Virus record (IMG/VR): IMGVR_UViG_3300025718_000003
Coordinates: 1-55,884 of that record
Strand: one strand, 5' to 3'
Length of the DNA: 55,884 nucleotides
From: a virus
Taxonomy: Duplodnaviria > Caudoviricetes
The notes under the pieces are model-generated. The model worked only from the letters and a program-made list of their open reading frames with translations. It ran no database searches and was not told the DNA's origin. The translations under genes and the position numbers were made by a program. This document shows positions 18,364 through 27,788 of the stretch, piece after piece. Positions within the stretch are counted from its first letter, which is position 1; every line of letters begins with the position of its first letter.

Positions 18364-20864
18364 GACTAGGCGGCATGTTCCCCAGCAGTAGGGGCCTAGC
18401 CGATACGGTGAAGAAAGCGGCACCCATAACGGCCGCCGCTTCTTCCCTGGCTACGGCCATAGTAAATGCTGTAAGTAAAAAGCCTGGTGAATTCAATATA
18501 AAATGGCCAAGAATGAGAACCCAAAAAGTAAAAGACTACAAGGTAATTACTACAGTAGAGCAGCTAAGGGCTTACATAGCCCGTTGCGTAGAAACTGGTA
18601 TAGGCGGCTTCGACTACGAAGCAGGGCCAAGCGCCAAGATACGCGCCAAGTATGAACCGAGGATAGCAGGACTGGAAAGCGAGTTATCAGCGCTAGCCCG
18701 TATAGAACCTTACGACGATAAAGAACGGCGGGAAATAACGGCCAAAGCTAAGACATTAGAAAGTCAGTTAAAAGCCACTAAAAAAGAATATGATCGAAGC
18801 CCGTTAGACCCGCACAGAGCGGCAATATGTGCCCTTAGCCTGTCAGCAGCCCCCGACGAAGCGCGGGCAATTTTTATAAGCAATAAGCCGGGTAAACGTA
18901 CTTTTGAAACGGGTATAACCGATAGGGACGAAGCAAGGCGCCTAGTATTCGACATACTGGAAGAAGAATTCTTTCACAGCCCTAAGATAATGAAGATCGC
19001 CGTTAACTTGCAGTACGAAGCTACGCAGACCGCAGCCCTAGGCAAGTACATTTTGCCACCAGTAGCCGACCCTTTCCTAATGTGGATACGTTGTCTGCAG
19101 GTAGTAGCGCCCCATAAGATAAATCCCGACGTACCGTACGAAGGCAAGGGCCTTAAACCTATGACAAAAGAATACCACGGCGTAGAAATGCAAGACTTTA
19201 AGGCACTGCTGGCAGAATTCGGCGTAAACTTCTTCGACGAGATACACGCCGACGAACCTAAAGCCCTTTCGTATTGCTGCGAAGACAGCGACTATGCAGT
19301 ACAGCATTATCTATACTGGCTAGAGATAGCCAGGCAGATACCGGGATACGACTACTGGCTGCATAATATTGAAATGCCTTTTGCCCGTGTCATAGGACTA
19401 ATGGAGTTTAACGGTATGGCCTGGGACAATAACCTAGCGGAAGTAAAAGAGCAGGAAGCGGCCATAATGCAGGAACAGGCCAGCGATGAGATAAAGCGTA
19501 TTGTGCTTGAAGCTACGGGCCTAAAAATCAATACGGGCAAGACAGGTAAAACCAATGAAGTAAAAAGCGTAATATTCGACACTATGGGGCTAAAGGCTGC
19601 CAAATGGTCGAAGACGACGGGCGATGCTAGCCTAGACGAAGAAGCCCTTATAGACATGCGCTTTATGTTGGAAAACAAGTTAGAGGATATTAAAGAAGAA
19701 AAGTACCTAGCAGTAGCCCTGCCCGATAAATGGGAAGCTTTAGACCCCGATACTGACCCCGAACTTAGTAAAGACGAACGCCAGGCTATAAGGATAGCCC
19801 GCAGGCCCTGGCACCCGTACAAAGACGCGGCCCTAGCTCTAATAGCGCAGCTACACAAGATACAGCAGTACAGTACGCTGCTATCTTCTCACATTATAGG
19901 GCGCGCCAAGTACCAGCACGAAGAAACGGGCCGTATTCATGCTAAGTACAGCCAATGGACGGAAACCAGCCGCCTAAACAGCTATTCACCGAACGGGCAG
20001 AACGTGCCCGCTATGCACAATGATGTATTTAAAATTCGTAACTTCTACGTACCTGCTAAGGGTAAAATACTCTATTTCATAGATTTTAGCGGCTTCGAAC
20101 TTCGGTTAATGGCCTGGAAATCGGGCGACCCGGTTATGATCGAACTATTTAACACGGGCGGCGATATGCACAGAAGAACAGCTGCGGAAATAACAGGTAA
20201 GGCAGAGAAGGACGTAACCGACCACGAACGTACAGACGCGAAACCCGCTAACTTCGGTATATCTTATGGGGGCACAGAACACGCCCTACAAAAAACCGTT
20301 AAAACCGATTACGGTAAGCGCTGGACGCTAGACAAATGCGCTAGTATCGTGGCTGCTGTAAAAAATGCTTACAAGGGTATCCCACGATACCAGCGGGATA
20401 TAGTTATCACGGCCAGGGAACAGGGATGGGTAAGCACTATTTACGGGTACATTCGTCTGCTGCATAACATTAACAGCCCTAACAAAAACACCAGGGGCAG
20501 CGACGAGCGCCGCGCTGGTAATACGCCAATCCAAGGTAGCGCGGCCGACGTTATGAAAAATTGCCAAAACCAGGTATACGACGAAATAGGGCGCGGAACG
20601 CTGGCGCGTAGACTCGACCCTAACGCTGACATTATCCTGGCCCATGGCGTTACTGATATGGAAGCGCAGATACACGATGAAATTATATTCGAAATGACTG
20701 ACGACGTTAACGTAGTAAGAAAAGCCAGTGCCTGGGTAAAATCCATTATGGAAATGCCGCCGCTTCCCGACTTCCCCGTAAAAATAGAAGCAGAAGCGTC
20801 GGTAGGGTATCGCTGGGGAGAAAAGGAGAAGGTAGACAAATGGATAGCAAAAAAGAACGCGTAA
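18360..20864 (+). CDS. Family A DNA polymerase with 3'-5' exonuclease domain
   Basis: FDYE and YCCED (exonuclease), TSRL...PNGQN, DFSGFELR (motif A), R..AKPANFGISYG (motif B), IQGSAAD and IHDE (motif C). Confidence 0.96.
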   Translation: MRLGGMFPSSRGLADTVKKAAPITAAASSLATAIVNAVSKKPGEFNIKWPRMRTQKVKDYKVITTVEQLRAYIARCVETGIGGFDYEAGPSAKIRAKYEPRIAGLESELSALARIEPYDDKERREITAKAKTLESQLKATKKEYDRSPLDPHRAAICALSLSAAPDEARAIFISNKPGKRTFETGITDRDEARRLVFDILEEEFFHSPKIMKIAVNLQYEATQTAALGKYILPPVADPFLMWIRCLQVVAPHKINPDVPYEGKGLKPMTKEYHGVEMQDFKALLAEFGVNFFDEIHADEPKALSYCCEDSDYAVQHYLYWLEIARQIPGYDYWLHNIEMPFARVIGLMEFNGMAWDNNLAEVKEQEAAIMQEQASDEIKRIVLEATGLKINTGKTGKTNEVKSVIFDTMGLKAAKWSKTTGDASLDEEALIDMRFMLENKLEDIKEEKYLAVALPDKWEALDPDTDPELSKDERQAIRIARRPWHPYKDAALALIAQLHKIQQYSTLLSSHIIGRAKYQHEETGRIHAKYSQWTETSRLNSYSPNGQNVPAMHNDVFKIRNFYVPAKGKILYFIDFSGFELRLMAWKSGDPVMIELFNTGGDMHRRTAAEITGKAEKDVTDHERTDAKPANFGISYGGTEHALQKTVKTDYGKRWTLDKCASIVAAVKNAYKGIPRYQRDIVITAREQGWVSTIYGYIRLLHNINSPNKNTRGSDERRAGNTPIQGSAADVMKNCQNQVYDEIGRGTLARRLDPNADIILAHGVTDMEAQIHDEIIFEMTDDVNVVRKASAWVKSIMEMPPLPDFPVKIEAEASVGYRWGEKEKVDKWIAKKNA

Positions 20865-21361
20865 GCCGCTGGCCGCTAGACGGAGAGCGCACAGCCTACA
20901 AAAAAGAGCACTGCGGTAGCTGCTGGGAATTTACTATGGAAGCTTTACAAAGGGGCTGCCGACAAGCAGAGGGCAGCCGCGGTAAGTTTGCAGTGCGGCA
21001 AGGCTTTAATAGCGCCTGCATTAACTGGCGACCTACCTTAACCCTGGCCAGCTACCAGGCAGACATACAACGAACAGCCCGCGAAGACCTTAGTAAGATA
21101 GACAGGCAGACCGAAGCGGCCATAGGAGCAGCTTCGGAAGCTGGGGAAATAGCCGACCTAATTAAAAAGCACCGTTACCAGGGGCACGACCTGGATACCC
21201 GTAAGATATTGGAGGAAAGCGGCGACGCCCTTTACTACATAGCGCGGGGCCTTCAAGAAATTGGCTGCAGCTTAGAACTGGCAATGTGTATAAACGTACT
21301 AAAGCGTAAGGAAATATACCCTAACGGCTTCGACCCCGAGCGTAGTAAGGGTAGGGCGTAG
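20840..21361 (+). CDS. MazG-like nucleotide pyrophosphohydrolase
   Basis: EAGEIADLIKK...EESGDALYY...N..K...YPNGF pattern. Confidence 0.85.
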   Translation: MDSKKERVSRWPLDGERTAYKKEHCGSCWEFTMEALQRGCRQAEGSRGKFAVRQGFNSACINWRPTLTLASYQADIQRTAREDLSKIDRQTEAAIGAASEAGEIADLIKKHRYQGHDLDTRKILEESGDALYYIARGLQEIGCSLELAMCINVLKRKEIYPNGFDPERSKGRA

Positions 21362-21433
21362 TTATGGCAAAGCGATACCTAAATAAAGATGAGCGCGACT
21401 AAATTCCCATATCAATATTAGGGAGGTAATAAC

Positions 21434-22075
21434 ATGGACAAAGACACTAGCAACCTGGCCGCACAGGTAACGCTTAACAGAACTTTTAACCGTCTTAACG
21501 ATGTACTGGAAGAAGAAGGCGTACACCTAGTAGCTAGGTATAATGGAGCGCCCGCACTAATGTTAGCCAGTACTAGGCACCAAATGAAATGGTACGAAGG
21601 CGTAAGAACCCACGCCTACAAGCAGGACAGGCCCCCGATTGACTGGGACGCATTTCTAGCCCAGCAGACAGAAATAAACACGCAGAAAGAACATGATTAC
21701 GACAAAGCTTTTACTAAGGGCCTGGTACAGTTTGGCCGCAGCGTATGGGATTGGGAAGCACATAAGAAGCTTAACCGTATTCGTACCTGGATAACGAAAG
21801 GTGAACTACGAGTAAAGGGCGATGGTATCGTAAACGCAGTAGGTGACCTGTTTAATTACACGGTTCTGTACCATACTTGGCTAGAAGCTACGGCCCTACA
21901 TAAAGATCCGCTAAGAGCTGACAACGTGACCAACTTCTACCGCATAGCTTCTATGTACACGCCTAAAGAGTGGGTACACCACTTAATAGACGAAGAACTG
22001 ATAGCAGAAGCGGAACACGACCTACAGGGTATCGTCTTTACTTTCATGGCTGGGGTAGGGGCCGCGTATCGGTAA
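21434..22075 (+). CDS. DUF1599-like (nucleotide-modification-associated, MazG-fold) protein
   Basis: KEHDY, KLNRI and DLFNY motifs. Confidence 0.6.
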   Translation: MDKDTSNLAAQVTLNRTFNRLNDVLEEEGVHLVARYNGAPALMLASTRHQMKWYEGVRTHAYKQDRPPIDWDAFLAQQTEINTQKEHDYDKAFTKGLVQFGRSVWDWEAHKKLNRIRTWITKGELRVKGDGIVNAVGDLFNYTVLYHTWLEATALHKDPLRADNVTNFYRIASMYTPKEWVHHLIDEELIAEAEHDLQGIVFTFMAGVGAAYR

Positions 22076-22736
22076 TAAGTACGTAGCAGGGCTGGCGGCC
22101 TTCGGGCTGGCCCTGCTACTAATAGGGGGCGTACCTAGTGGGGGGAAAACAACAAAAGAAATCATATGCCCAGCGCCAGGGAGACAAGAAGCAGGACAGG
22201 TACAAGAACGTAGTAGCAAAGCAGAAAGCAAAGGGGGCGCCGAAATTGAAGAAATCACAGAAAAACAGCCCACACTTCCAGCCGAAGAAGCCGCCCATAG
22301 AAGGGACACTGATAACGGGGGAATTCGCGAAGGCGTGGACAGCGAACAGGAAGAAAGCCTTTTACACGGGCTGGGCGATAGGGGCCAGTCAAGGGGCGAT
22401 AGTAGCCCTAGCCGTGGCGTACGTGCTGGGACATTTAAAGTAACAGCCTACAGCAATGGGCTGCAAGAAACAGGCAAGGCGCCTGGTGACTATGGATACG
22501 GAATAACGAAAAGCGGGCGTAAGACAGTAGAAGGCAGGACGATAGCCACCGACTGGAACGTACTGCCCGAAGGAACCGTAGTATACATAAAAGGCGTCGG
22601 ATACCGCACAGTAGACGACATAGGCGGCGGTATAAATGGGCGGGAAATAGACCTGTATATAGATGGCAGCCCCTACGTACTGAGTGAGTGGGGCGTAAAA
22701 TATTTAGAAGTTTACGTAGTAGGAAAGGAAGGGTAA
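22068..22736 (+). CDS. Membrane-anchored 3D-domain (peptidoglycan-active) protein, probable non-canonical ATC start
   Basis: 3D motifs VTAY, GITKSG, IATD, DDIGGGING.EIDLY and WG. The frame is open from 22059 and encodes a signal/TM segment YVAGLAAFGLALLLIGG. Confidence 0.75.
   Translation: MGNKYVAGLAAFGLALLLIGGVPSGGKTTKEIICPAPGRQEAGQVQERSSKAESKGGAEIEEITEKQPTLPAEEAAHRRDTDNGGIREGVDSEQEESLLHGLGDRGQSRGDSSPSRGVRAGTFKVTAYSNGLQETGKAPGDYGYGITKSGRKTVEGRTIATDWNVLPEGTVVYIKGVGYRTVDDIGGGINGREIDLYIDGSPYVLSEWGVKYLEVYVVGKEG
22138..22443 (+). CDS. Possible overprinted Lys-rich protein with C-terminal TM helix
   Basis: AGGGGG RBS before GTG. Lies entirely inside the 3D-protein reading frame. Confidence 0.4.
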   Translation: MGGKQQKKSYAQRQGDKKQDRYKNVVAKQKAKGAPKLKKSQKNSPHFQPKKPPIEGTLITGEFAKAWTANRKKAFYTGWAIGASQGAIVALAVAYVLGHLK

Positions 22737-22738
22737 AC

Positions 22739-23056
22739 ATGAGTAACATAAGGGGCGAACGGACTAGTCACTACGTAGTAAAACACCAATACGTCACAGT
22801 AAAACGGACGGCTGGCGTGTTCTACGTAGAAGGTACTTATAACCAAGATTTTATTAGTTACATAAAGACGTTACCAAAAACAGACCGCACCTATGAACCC
22901 GACGCCAAGCGCTGGGTAATAAAGATAATACACCTTAACAACGTAGTAGCCCAGGCCCGCGCTATGTTCTCTAAAGTACTATACGGCGAAGGCGGCGACT
23001 ATGAAGAAATGACTTTAGGAGGGGTAACGTGGAAACAGGAAAAGTTAGACCTGTAG
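22739..23056 (+). CDS. Hypothetical protein (HARP-like motif)
   Basis: YNQDFISYIKTLP...RTYEP..KRW pattern. Confidence 0.6.
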   Translation: MSNIRGERTSHYVVKHQYVTVKRTAGVFYVEGTYNQDFISYIKTLPKTDRTYEPDAKRWVIKIIHLNNVVAQARAMFSKVLYGEGGDYEEMTLGGVTWKQEKLDL

Positions 23057-23220
23057 AACCTACTCTAATGATCGACGACGCTAGGCTAGAGCTACTAGCC
23101 GAAACATTCATAAAACATAACGTATACGCTACGTATGGCGTAACATTCGAAAGATATCTAGGCTACGTAGCTGCGGGTAAACGTAGTTACTACGTATTTT
23201 GTAAGGGGGTAGTAAGATGA
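23029..23220 (+). CDS. Hypothetical protein
   Basis: AGGAGGGG RBS, operon context. Confidence 0.65.
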   Translation: METGKVRPVEPTLMIDDARLELLAETFIKHNVYATYGVTFERYLGYVAAGKRSYYVFCKGVVR

Positions 23221-23849
23221 AATTTCAAGCTATTATTTGCGTAGGGGCCAGGGCTTACACGGTAAACCTGGGCGAAGACTTACAATTCAAACACGCGCTA
23301 GATGCCTTAAAATTCATAAGAGAAGGGCTACTAACTGACGGGGTATTTAGTAACGATGGGAAAGAAGCCCTGGAAATTAATTGCCTAGATAAATATGATA
23401 GTATTCGCGTAGTTGAATGGGTAGACATGCCGCAGCTTCCAGCGGTAGAGCCTGCCGAAGCCGACCAGGTGACGGAAGGGGCGAAAGAGTACGCACTAGC
23501 AAATATAGCGGGCTTTAACTACCTGGCCCAACCGATGGACGTAAGCCTGTTAGTCTACTACGCAAGTAATGACCACAAAGTACTAATGCCTTCCGTGATA
23601 AACGGCAGCCATGCTCATGGATACATGAGCGAAAAAAACGTAGTAGAACTTATGCACAAGATCGCACAGCAGCGCCTACAGTTAACGCCTGACGGGTATA
23701 CCGTACTGCTATATCCCGGCCCTATTACGGATATGGAAGACGCCATAGAATACCTGCGAGAGTGGGCAACTTATAGGGACAGTGGGTATGTTTTTGCACC
23801 TAAAAGAAAAAACGCTAAAGCCTTCCACGGCTGGAATGAAAAGGAGTAG
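23217..23849 (+). CDS. Hypothetical protein
   Basis: RBS and ATGA coupling. Confidence 0.7.
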   Translation: MKFQAIICVGARAYTVNLGEDLQFKHALDALKFIREGLLTDGVFSNDGKEALEINCLDKYDSIRVVEWVDMPQLPAVEPAEADQVTEGAKEYALANIAGFNYLAQPMDVSLLVYYASNDHKVLMPSVINGSHAHGYMSEKNVVELMHKIAQQRLQLTPDGYTVLLYPGPITDMEDAIEYLREWATYRDSGYVFAPKRKNAKAFHGWNEKE

Positions 23850-23853
23850 TAAC

Positions 23854-24183
23854 ATGAAGTTAGTATATATAGCGCACCCATTCACCAGCCATGGCACCAT
23901 AGCCGAGAACCAACAGGCCATAGACACTATTTGCAGGAGTATAGTAGCCGATAGCCCCGACGTAGTGCCCGTTAGCCCGATACACGCCTTCGGATTTTAT
24001 GACCCGACAGGCTGCCAAGATAAGGTGATAGGCTACTGCAAAGAGCTACTAAGCGCTTGCAGCGAAATATGGTTATACGGACAATGGCGACATTCTAAGG
24101 GCTGCCGAGCAGAAGCCCAACACGCCATGATACAGGGATTACTAGTACGTGATATGGAAAAAGAAGGAGATAATACATTATGA
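23854..24183 (+). CDS. DUF4406 / nucleoside deoxyribosyltransferase-like protein
   Basis: VYIAHPF, SPIH and C.EIWLYG.W..SKGC..E motifs. Confidence 0.75.
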   Translation: MKLVYIAHPFTSHGTIAENQQAIDTICRSIVADSPDVVPVSPIHAFGFYDPTGCQDKVIGYCKELLSACSEIWLYGQWRHSKGCRAEAQHAMIQGLLVRDMEKEGDNTL

Positions 24184-24740
24184 AAAGCAGATTTACGGCA
24201 TTATTACTACAAACCGAGCGCCCAGGGATTGAACAACTTATAACCCATTTAGAAGGTACAGACTTCTTTACGGCCCCCGCGTCCACTAGGCACCACGGGG
24301 CACATGCAGGCGGGCTACTAGAACATTCTCTAGCCGTGTACGAACACCTGCTACGCCAGTCGGCAGCCTACCCCGAAAAGCTGGCCAATAATTACAAGCG
24401 GGAAAGCCTAATACTGACCGCGCTGCTACATGATATTTGTAAGGCCGACTACTACGTAGTAGAAATGCGGAACGCGAAGAACGAACAGGAAAAATGGGTA
24501 AAGGTGCCGTTTTATACGGTTAACGAGCAGCTACCATATGGCCACGGTCAAAAATCGGTTATCATAGCCCTGCAATTTATTCACCTAACGCCCGACGAAA
24601 TAGCGGCTATCTTATGGCATATGGGGGGCTTCGACGATCAAGCAAAAACCCATTCTTTCGGTAAGGCGTATAGTATGTACCCGTTATGCCTGGCGCTACA
24701 CGTGGCAGATATGGCAGCTACTTACTACGATGGTATATAA
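24180..24740 (+). CDS. HD-domain phosphohydrolase
   Basis: APASTRHH, GGLLEHS, LLHDICK, WHMG and LHVAD motifs. Confidence 0.9.
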   Translation: MKSRFTALLLQTERPGIEQLITHLEGTDFFTAPASTRHHGAHAGGLLEHSLAVYEHLLRQSAAYPEKLANNYKRESLILTALLHDICKADYYVVEMRNAKNEQEKWVKVPFYTVNEQLPYGHGQKSVIIALQFIHLTPDEIAAILWHMGGFDDQAKTHSFGKAYSMYPLCLALHVADMAATYYDGI

Positions 24741-24742
24741 CG

Positions 24743-25000
24743 ATGGGTAAAGTAGTACCGCTATTTAAGAAGGACGGCCCGCAGATAGAACTAGTAGACA
24801 AGCTGGAAGAAATCATAGAACTGGCCAGGGAAGGCTACTTTACAAACTTCGTATTCGCGGGCCAGCGCGTTACTGACGGCGACGTTACGACCGCGTTCGC
24901 CCACGCCGACGCCCCGAAGCGTACCGAACTTATCGCACATATGCAGGTAGAAGTCGTTAGCGATATGGTAGAAAGTATTTACGTAGTAGAAAGGAAGTAG
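24743..25000 (+). CDS. Hypothetical protein, paralog-like to 25005-25292
   Basis: VVPLF...LVDKLEEIIELAREG pattern. Confidence 0.65.
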   Translation: MGKVVPLFKKDGPQIELVDKLEEIIELAREGYFTNFVFAGQRVTDGDVTTAFAHADAPKRTELIAHMQVEVVSDMVESIYVVERK

Positions 25001-25004
25001 GGCT

Positions 25005-25292
25005 ATGAATACGCCAACGAAACCACCGAACATAGTACACCTAGACAAACATAACCAGACCGTAGTAGAAACGCTGCGCGAAATGCTAGCAGCGGCAGAA
25101 GCGGGGGAGCTAGACGAAATAGTAGTAGCCGCCCACTATAAAGGCGGCCGCGTAGTAACCCTGCAGAACTGTAATAGCTTGTACGAATACGGGGTATTGG
25201 TGATGTACCTGCAGGGCAATCTAGCCCGCAGGCTGACCACTAACCACCTTGCCGACGAGGGTTATATAATATACGAAACACCGCAGCGGTAA
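25005..25292 (+). CDS. Hypothetical protein
   Basis: IVHL...VVETLREMLAAAEAGE pattern. Confidence 0.65.
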   Translation: MNTPTKPPNIVHLDKHNQTVVETLREMLAAAEAGELDEIVVAAHYKGGRVVTLQNCNSLYEYGVLVMYLQGNLARRLTTNHLADEGYIIYETPQR

Positions 25293-25305
25293 GGGAGGTA
25301 CTACC

Positions 25306-25473
25306 ATGTTAATAGAACCGAAATACGTAATAACGAAAAATAGCGACCAGACGCCGCTATGCCAGGATTGTGAATACTTATATAAGAATTCTAGGGTAGT
25401 GCCCTGCGGCGAGTGTAAAGCGCTAGTATCGACTAGGCCGAAAAACTACTACAGCAAGAGGGGGCCACAGTAA
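25306..25473 (+). CDS. Small Cys-rich protein (55 aa, not in the ORF track)
   Basis: GGAGG RBS, CQDC...PCGEC. Confidence 0.6.
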   Translation: MLIEPKYVITKNSDQTPLCQDCEYLYKNSRVVPCGECKALVSTRPKNYYSKRGPQ

Positions 25474-25661
25474 TGCCCTGGGTATGCGTGGAAAAGCATA
25501 ATAAGGCCGTAGCCCATTACTTCGAGAAGGGCGCGGCCTTATGCGGGAGAGTTGAAGACCTGGAAGTAGGTAGTGACGACGGTACCGAAAGGCCGCCAGC
25601 GTATGCCTGCGGTAGTTGTAAGCGGCAGCTGATAATAAGGGAACGGGGGGTAAAGGCATGA
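25473..25661 (+). CDS. Small Zn-binding hypothetical protein
   Basis: AHYF...LCG...CGSC, coupled by TAATG overlap. Confidence 0.6.
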   Translation: MPWVCVEKHNKAVAHYFEKGAALCGRVEDLEVGSDDGTERPPAYACGSCKRQLIIRERGVKA

Positions 25662-25807
25662 ACGAGGTAATGTTAACGATAGCCTTCGGCGTGGCCGTGG
25701 GTATAGCCTTATACAACATAGGTATACGCGTAGTAGCATTTGTAGGGGATTTTATAAGGGAAGCACTGGAAACCCTGGTACGTGGCTTATGGCCAAGGGG
25801 ACGGTAA
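25658..25807 (+). CDS. Small membrane protein (49 aa, not in the ORF track)
   Basis: GGGGGG RBS, hydrophobic helix, ATGA coupling. Confidence 0.55.
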   Translation: MNEVMLTIAFGVAVGIALYNIGIRVVAFVGDFIREALETLVRGLWPRGR

Positions 25808-25939
25808 TGGCTACTATACATATACGCTGCGTGTACTGCGATAAGATGGGTAACGGGTGCCGAGGTAAGCCCAGCGGCTGCAACTTCGGCCGACCCGCTA
25901 ATAGACCAGGGCCTAGAAAAACGAAGGGAATTGATAGCA

Positions 25940-26101
25940 ATGACCAAAAAGGTAAAAGTACGCTGGTTTGACGGCTACCTGGAAGAATTTGACGCGGTAG
26001 AAGCCAGGGCAGGGAACGCCCTACTATGGATGAAACTAGCAAATGGGGAAACCAGGCACATACCGCTAATACAGGTAAGATGGTACAGCGGCGTAGCGTA
26101 A
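25940..26101 (+). CDS. Small hypothetical protein (53 aa, not in the ORF track)
   Basis: MTKKVKVRWFDGYLEEF...RHIPLIQVRWY, with RBS. Confidence 0.6.
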   Translation: MTKKVKVRWFDGYLEEFDAVEARAGNALLWMKLANGETRHIPLIQVRWYSGVA

Positions 26102-26267
26102 AAACTTAAAACGGAGTAATAGGGAGATATAACGAGGAAAACAGGGGTGCGTAACTAGTAAGATTATAGGCTGTAAAACGGGTTAATATGACGGTATACG
26201 GGTAGTGGAATTCGGGGTAAGAAGTACGTTTTGGGGTTTTACAGCTGTAATGTCTACGAGGGACGGA

Positions 26268-26463
<196 letters not shown>

Positions 26464-26477
26464 TAGGAGGTATTTGG

Positions 26478-26855
26478 TTGAAGGTACAGGGCTATATAGC
26501 TAAGGAGACGGTTAAGAAGTTGCTAGCGAACTACCAGGGGCTAATAGCGGGGGATTTGGCAGTAGATGCTATGCCTTGTAATTCGGGGCCAAAGGCTTAC
26601 GATGGCGTTACAGGTATGTTGCTTAATAAAATAATGCTGGATGAAGCCGTGGAAAGTCTACCACCAAAATTAAGGGCCTGTGTCACATTGCGCTGGTTGC
26701 GGGGTAAGTCGAGGGGCGAGACGCTTATGGAATTGGCCATCGGCCAAAAAGAGTACTACAAGAGTTGTGACCTGGCTGTAGATGCCATTTACAGAAAAAT
26801 TAACGGCCGGGCTACGAATTACCAAAACCTACTAAATAAGATAGCCGCAAAGTAA
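26478..26855 (+). CDS. Late transcriptional regulator, sigma-70 region 4 / ArpU-RinA-like
   Basis: LDEAVESLP..LR..V.LRW..G HTH pattern. Immediately upstream of terS. Confidence 0.7.
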   Translation: MKVQGYIAKETVKKLLANYQGLIAGDLAVDAMPCNSGPKAYDGVTGMLLNKIMLDEAVESLPPKLRACVTLRWLRGKSRGETLMELAIGQKEYYKSCDLAVDAIYRKINGRATNYQNLLNKIAAK

Positions 26856-27003
26856 CTATATGGAATTATGATAACTATATGGACGTATTATAAGGAAAAG
26901 TGTTTACACACCAGTAGTATGAATCTTATTATTACTATAACGGAAATTTTATGATCAAAAATAGACCAGGGAAGGCAGATAATGCCGCTTCCCTGGTCTA
27001 TTT
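26853..27003 (+). promoter_or_regulatory. Late control region: direct repeats and a long hairpin
   Basis: TAACTATATGGA at 26853 and 26872. 16-bp perfect stem 26959-26974/26988-27003. Confidence 0.55.
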
Positions 27004-27056
27004 CACGGAACACATAGGCGTTTACGTAGTTTTTACAGGAAGGAGGCACGGCAATT

Positions 27057-27788
27057 TTGGACACGGATTTAGAAACAAATGGTAATTTTAACCCCCATGA
27101 TGAAGCACTAAAAAAGCAATTACATGAAAAAGCCGACAAATTAAATTTTGTAGGCTCACGAAAAGGTACGACCGTTTTGTACTGTGGCGCTGTAAAGAAG
27201 GGAAATCCTTGTAAACAGCTAGCGGGGAACTATACCGATCATTTCGGGCATGGGCGCTGTAAATTTCATGGGGGCCTAACTACTGGCCCCAAGACCGAAG
27301 AAGGCAAGGCTATAACCGCGCAAAATGCTACGAAGCACGGCTTATACAGTAAAGGACTTAGCCCGGCAGAACGTGAGATATACGAAGAACTGTTAGAAAA
27401 GCCTAAGATAGACCTTTCGCATGAAATACGGCTGCTGCAGACTAAAATCATTACCTACCTGGAAGAATGGCGTAGACGATACGAATATTACGAACAGACT
27501 TTAGGCGTACATGAAGCTGATAAAAAAATGAAGGTATGGTATACAACAGGAGAGAACGGGGATAAAGGTTGTTATCATGCTGGCACGATCGAAGACAGGC
27601 CGCTTATTAGGGCACTAAACGAATTGGCCAAAATGGTAGAGAAAAACGCCAGGTTAGACCCCGAAGGAAACGAAGACCTTTTATCTATTGTTAATAAAGA
27701 ATTACAGGCGGCTTCTCATGGGAAGATTACAGTAGCTTGGGGCGCTAGAAATGCACAAGCTATACAGTCTACGTTAGCAAAATGTTAA
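27057..27788 (+). CDS. terS: Terminase small subunit (HGGxSTG motif type)
   Basis: C...GRCKFHGGLTTGPKT.EGK....NATKHG motif. Position before terL. Confidence 0.75.
   Translation: MDTDLETNGNFNPHDEALKKQLHEKADKLNFVGSRKGTTVLYCGAVKKGNPCKQLAGNYTDHFGHGRCKFHGGLTTGPKTEEGKAITAQNATKHGLYSKGLSPAEREIYEELLEKPKIDLSHEIRLLQTKIITYLEEWRRRYEYYEQTLGVHEADKKMKVWYTTGENGDKGCYHAGTIEDRPLIRALNELAKMVEKNARLDPEGNEDLLSIVNKELQAASHGKITVAWGARNAQAIQSTLAKC

Noticed and set aside
21364-21402. 12-codon mini-ORF MAKRYLNKDERD
   Set aside because: Too short to support. It may be a gene remnant.
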